From the human T2T-CHM13v2.0 reference genome, Homo sapiens, in assembly GCF_009914755.1 (NCBI RefSeq), contig NC_060947.1: a stretch of 64,000 bases of DNA; one strand, 5' to 3'. Position numbers and translations under genes: made by a program. Of the stretch, positions 59,284 through 64,000 are shown in pieces. Each line of letters begins with the position of its first letter. The first letter of the stretch is position 1. The notes below the pieces were generated by a model. The model searched no databases and was not told the DNA's origin. It was given only the letters and a program-made list of their open reading frames with translations.

Positions 59284-62200
59284 GGGGGATCATGGCAGAT
59301 GGGATGCAAGACTAGATTGCAGCTCCCACTCAGACAGACAGAGCAGCATGTGGAGGCTCACATCATGAACTTTTGCCCCAGAACAACTGCAGGAATACAT
59401 TAGGAAAGCCGAGAGAACCCACAAACCCTCTGAAGGAAGCAGATTGCTCCTGCAGCATCTGGGAGACACCCCAAATACTGTGCTGGCATCCATGACTGAG
59501 AGACCCACAGATGGTTCACATCACAGGACTCTGTGCAGACAACCCCCAGTACCAGCCTGGAGACTGGTAGATTTGCTGGGTGGCTAGATCCAGAAGAGAG
59601 GTAACAATCACTACAGCTCACCACATTCCTAGGAAAAGGGGGAGAGTACTACATCAAGGGAATATCCCATGGGACAAAACATCTGAACAACACTCTTGAG
59701 CCCTAGACCTTCCCTCTGACAGAGCCTACTGAAATGAGAAGGGACCAGAAAACCAACTCTGGTAATACGACAAAACAAGGTCCTTTAACATCCCCTCAAA
59801 AATCACACTAGCTTACCAGCAATGGATCCAAACCAAGAAGAAATTCCTGATTTACCTGAAAAAGAATTCAGAAGGTTAGTTATTAAGCTAATCAGGGAGA
59901 CACCAGAGAAACACAAAACCCAATCTAAGGAAATTAAAAAAAAAAAAAGATACAATAAATGATGGGAGAAATATTCAATGAAATAGATAGCATAAAGAAA
60001 AAACAATCGAAAGTTTAGGAAACAACAGATGCCTTTATAGAAATGCAAAATGCTCTGGAAAGTCTCAGCAATATAATCGAACAAGCAGAAGAAAGAACTT
60101 CAGAGCTTGAAGACAAGGTCTTTGAATTAACCCAATCCAACAAAGACAAAAAAAAAAAAGAATAATAAAATATGAACAATGTCTCCAAGAAGTCTGGGAT
60201 TACATTAAAAGGCCAAACCTAAAAATAATAGGTGTTCCTGAGGAAGAAGAGAAATTTAAAAGTTTGGAAAATATATTTGGGGGAATAATCAAGGAAAACT
60301 TCCTTAGCCTTGCTAGAGACCTAGACATCCAAGTACAGGAAGCTCAAAGAACACCTGGAAAAGTAATCACAAAAAGATCATTACCTAGGAACATTGTCAT
60401 CAGGTTATTTAAAGTTAAGACGAAGGAAAGAATCTTACGAGCTGTGAGACAAAAGCACCAGGTAACCTATAAAGGAAAACCTATCAGATTAACAGCAGAT
60501 TTCTGAGCAGAAACCCTATAAGCTAGAAAGGATTGGGGCCCTATCTTCAGCCTCTTCAAACAAAACAATTATCAGCCAAGAATTTTGTATCCAGAGAAAC
60601 TAAGCTTCATAAATGAAGAAAAGATACAGTCTTTTTCAGACAAACGAATGCTGAGAGAATTTGCCACTACCAAGCCAGCACTACAAGAACTGCTAAAAGG
60701 AGCTCTAAATGTTGAAACAAATCCTGGAAACACATCAAAACAGAACCTCCTTAAAGCATAAATATCACAGGATCTATAAAACAAAAATACCATAAAAAAC
60801 CCCACAAAAAACCAAGGTATACAGGCAACAAATAGCATGATGAATTGTATGGTACCTCACATCTCAATACTAACATTGGACGTAAATGGTCTAAATGCTC
60901 CACTTAAGATACAGAATTGCTGAATGAATAAGAAGTCACCAACCAACTATCTGCTGCCACAAGTGACTCACCTAACACTTAAGGACTGACATAAACTTAA
61001 GGTAAATGGGTGGAAAAAGACATTCCATGCAAATGAACACAAAAAAGCAATCAGGAGTAGCTATTCTTATATAAGACAAAACAAACTTTAAAGTAACAGC
61101 AGTTTAAAAAGACAAAGAGGGACATTATATAATGATAAAAGGACTAGTCCGACAGGAAAATAACACAATCGTAAATGTATATGCACCTAACACTGGAGCT
61201 CCCACATTAATAAAAAAATTACTAATAGACCTAAGAAATGAGATAGATGGCAACTCAATAATAGTGGGGACTTCAATACTCCACTGACAGCACTAGACAG
61301 GTCATCAAGACAGAAAATCAACAAACAAACAAAACAATGGATTTAAATTATATCCTGGAACAAATGGGCTTAACAGATATATACAGAACGTTCTACCCAA
61401 TAATAGCAGAATATACGTTCTATTCAACAGTGCGTGTAACTTTCTCCAAGACAGACCATATAACAGGCCACAAAACAAGCCTCAATAAATTTACAATAAA
61501 CTGAAATTTTATCAAGCACTGTCTCAGACCACAGTGAAATAAAACTGGAAATCATTCCAAAAGGAACCTTCAAAACCATGCAAAAACATGGAAATTAAAC
61601 AACTTGCGCCTGAATGATCATTGGATCAAAAATGCATTCAAGATGGAAATTAAAAAATTCTTTGAACTGAACAATAGTGACACAACCTAACAAAACCTGT
61701 TGGATACAGCAAAGGTGGTGCTAAGAGGAAAGTTCATAGCCCTAAATGCCTACATCAAAAAGTCTGTAAGAGCACAAACAGACAATCTAAGGTCACACCT
61801 GAAAAAACTAGAGAAACAAAAAGAAACCAAACCCAAACCTGGCAGAAGAAATGAAATAACCAAGATCAGAGCAGAACTAAGTGAAATTGAATCAAACAAA
61901 CAAAAAACGATGCAAAAGATAAATAAAACAAAAACCTGGTTCTTTGAAAAGATAAATAAAATTGATAGATCATTAGCAAGGTTAGCCAAAAAAAAAAGAA
62001 AGGATATCCAAATAAGCTCAATTAGACACGAAACAGGAGATATTACAACTGACACCACAGAAACACAAAGGATCATTCAAGGCTACTATGAACACTTTTA
62101 TGGGCATAAACTAGAAAACCTAGAGGAGATGGATAAATTCCTGAAAAGATACAATCCGCCTAGCTTAAATCAGAAAGAATTAGATACCTTGAACAGACCA

Positions 62201-64000
62201 ATAACAAGCAGTGAGATTGAAATGGTAAAAAAAAAATTACCAACAAAAAAATTGCAGGACCAGACGGATTCACAGCAGAATTCTACCAGACATTAAAAGA
62301 AGATTTGGTACCAATCCTGTTGACACCATTCCACAAAATAGAGAAATAAGAAACCCTCCCTAAATCATTCTATGAAGCCAGCATCACCCTAATACCCAAA
62401 CCAGGAAAGGACATTTAAAAAAAGAAAACTACAGACCAATATCCCTGATGAACATAGATACTAAAATTCTTAACAAAATACTAGTAAACCAAATCCAACA
62501 GCATATCAAAAAGATAATCCACCATGATCAAGTAGGTTTCATACCAGGGATGCAGGGATAGTTTAACATATGTAAGCCAATAAATGTGATACACCACATA
62601 AACAGAATTTTCAAAAATCACATGATCATCTCAATACACACAGAAAAAACATTTGACAAAATCCAGCATCCCTTTATGATTAAAACCCTCAGCAAAAATC
62701 AGCATACAAGGGACATACCTTAAGGTAATAAAACCGGTCTATGACGAACCCACAATCAATATTATACTGAATGGGGAAAAGTTGAAAGAGTTCACCTTCA
62801 GGACTGGAACAAGACAAGCATGCCCACTCTCACCACTTCTATTCAACATAGTACTGGAAGCCCTAGCCAGAACAATCAGACAAGAGAAAGAAATTAAGGG
62901 CATCCAAATTGGTAAAGAGGAAGTCAAACTGTCACTATTTGCTGATGATATGATCTTATACCTAGAAAACCCTAATGACTCTTCCAAAAAGCTCCTAGAA
63001 TACATGAATTCAGCAAAGTTTCAGGATACAAAACTAATGTACATAAATCAGTAGTTCTGCTATACACCAACAGTGATCAAGCTGAGGGTCAAGTCAAGAG
63101 CTCAACCCCTTTCACAATAGCTGCAAAAAAAAAATTAAGTATGTAGGAATATACCTAACCAAGGATGTGAAAGACCTCTACAAGGAAAACTACAAAACAT
63201 AGCTGAAAGAAATAACAGATGGCAAAAACGAATAGAAAGACATCCATGCTCATGGATGGGTAGAATCAATATTGTGAAAATGACCATACTGCCAAAAGCA
63301 ATCTACAAATTCAATGCAATTCCCATCAAAATACAACCATCATTTTTCACAGAATTAGAAATAACAATCCTAAAAGTCAATCCAAAAAAGAGCCTGCACG
63401 CCAAAGCAAGACTAAATAAGAAGAACAAATCTGAAGGCATCACATTACCTGATTTCAAACTATACTATAAGGCCATAGTCATCAAAACAGCATGGTACTG
63501 GTATAAAAATAGGCACATAGACCAATGGAATGGAGTAGAGAACCCAGAAATAAACCCAAATACTTACAGCTAACTTATCTTTGACAAAGCAAACAAAAAC
63601 ATAAAATAGAGAAAGGACACCCTATTCAACAAATGGTGTTGGGATAATTGGCAAGCCACATGTGGGAGAATGAAACTGGATCCTCATCTCTCATCCTATA
63701 TGAAAATCAACTCAAGATGGATCAAGGACTTAAATCTAAGACCTGAAACTATAAAAATTCTGGAAGATAATATTGGAAAAACCCTTCTAGACATTGGCTT
63801 AGGCAAGGATTTCATGATCAAGAAGCCAAAAGCAAATGCAATAAAAACAAACATAAACAGTTGGGACTTAATGAAACTAAAGAGCTTTAGGACAGCAAAA
63901 GGAACAGTCAACAGAGTAAACAGACAACTCAAAAAGTGGGAGAAAATCTTCACAATCTATACATCTCACAAAGGACTAATATCCAGAATCTACAATGAAC
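59284..64000 (+). mobile_element. L1PB element (L1PBa-type 5' end) with a short 5'UTR, ORF1 (~59734-60760) and ORF2 (from ~60837), continuing past the window edge
   Basis: 5' GGGGGATCATGGCAGATGGGA...GACTAGATTGCAGCTCCCACTC; ORF1 peptide IKENFLSLARDLDIQVQEAQRTPG; ORF2 peptides [14 protein letters not shown] and [13 protein letters not shown]. Confidence 0.92.

Overview
Human (primate) non-coding genomic DNA, roughly 70% LINE-1. I found no host protein-coding exon, RNA gene or CRISPR array; every long ORF in the track derives from L1, Alu or other repeats. The window holds a near-chronological series of L1s, almost all on the + strand: L1M/L1MB/L1MC, L1M1, L1PB, L1PA16-like, L1PREC2-like, L1PA11-13, a full-length L1PA5 and a human-specific L1HS. 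It also holds six Alus, LTR remnants (THE1C, MER34-like, LTR16/ERVL, LTR78-like), MITEs (MER53, MER58) and MIR/L2 relics. Three signals stand out. (1) A 5'-inverted (twin-primed) L1HS Ta-0 insertion with a perfect 15-bp TSD and a 14-bp duplication at the inversion point. (2) An L1PB whose short 5'UTR looks like a spliced-mRNA insertion. (3) A cluster of templated-insertion or snap-back repair scars, including a 96-bp local copy and a 35-bp inverted copy taken from about 1 kb away. Subfamily names rest on remembered consensus sequences and need RepeatMasker/Dfam confirmation. Boundaries of ancient repeats are approximate.
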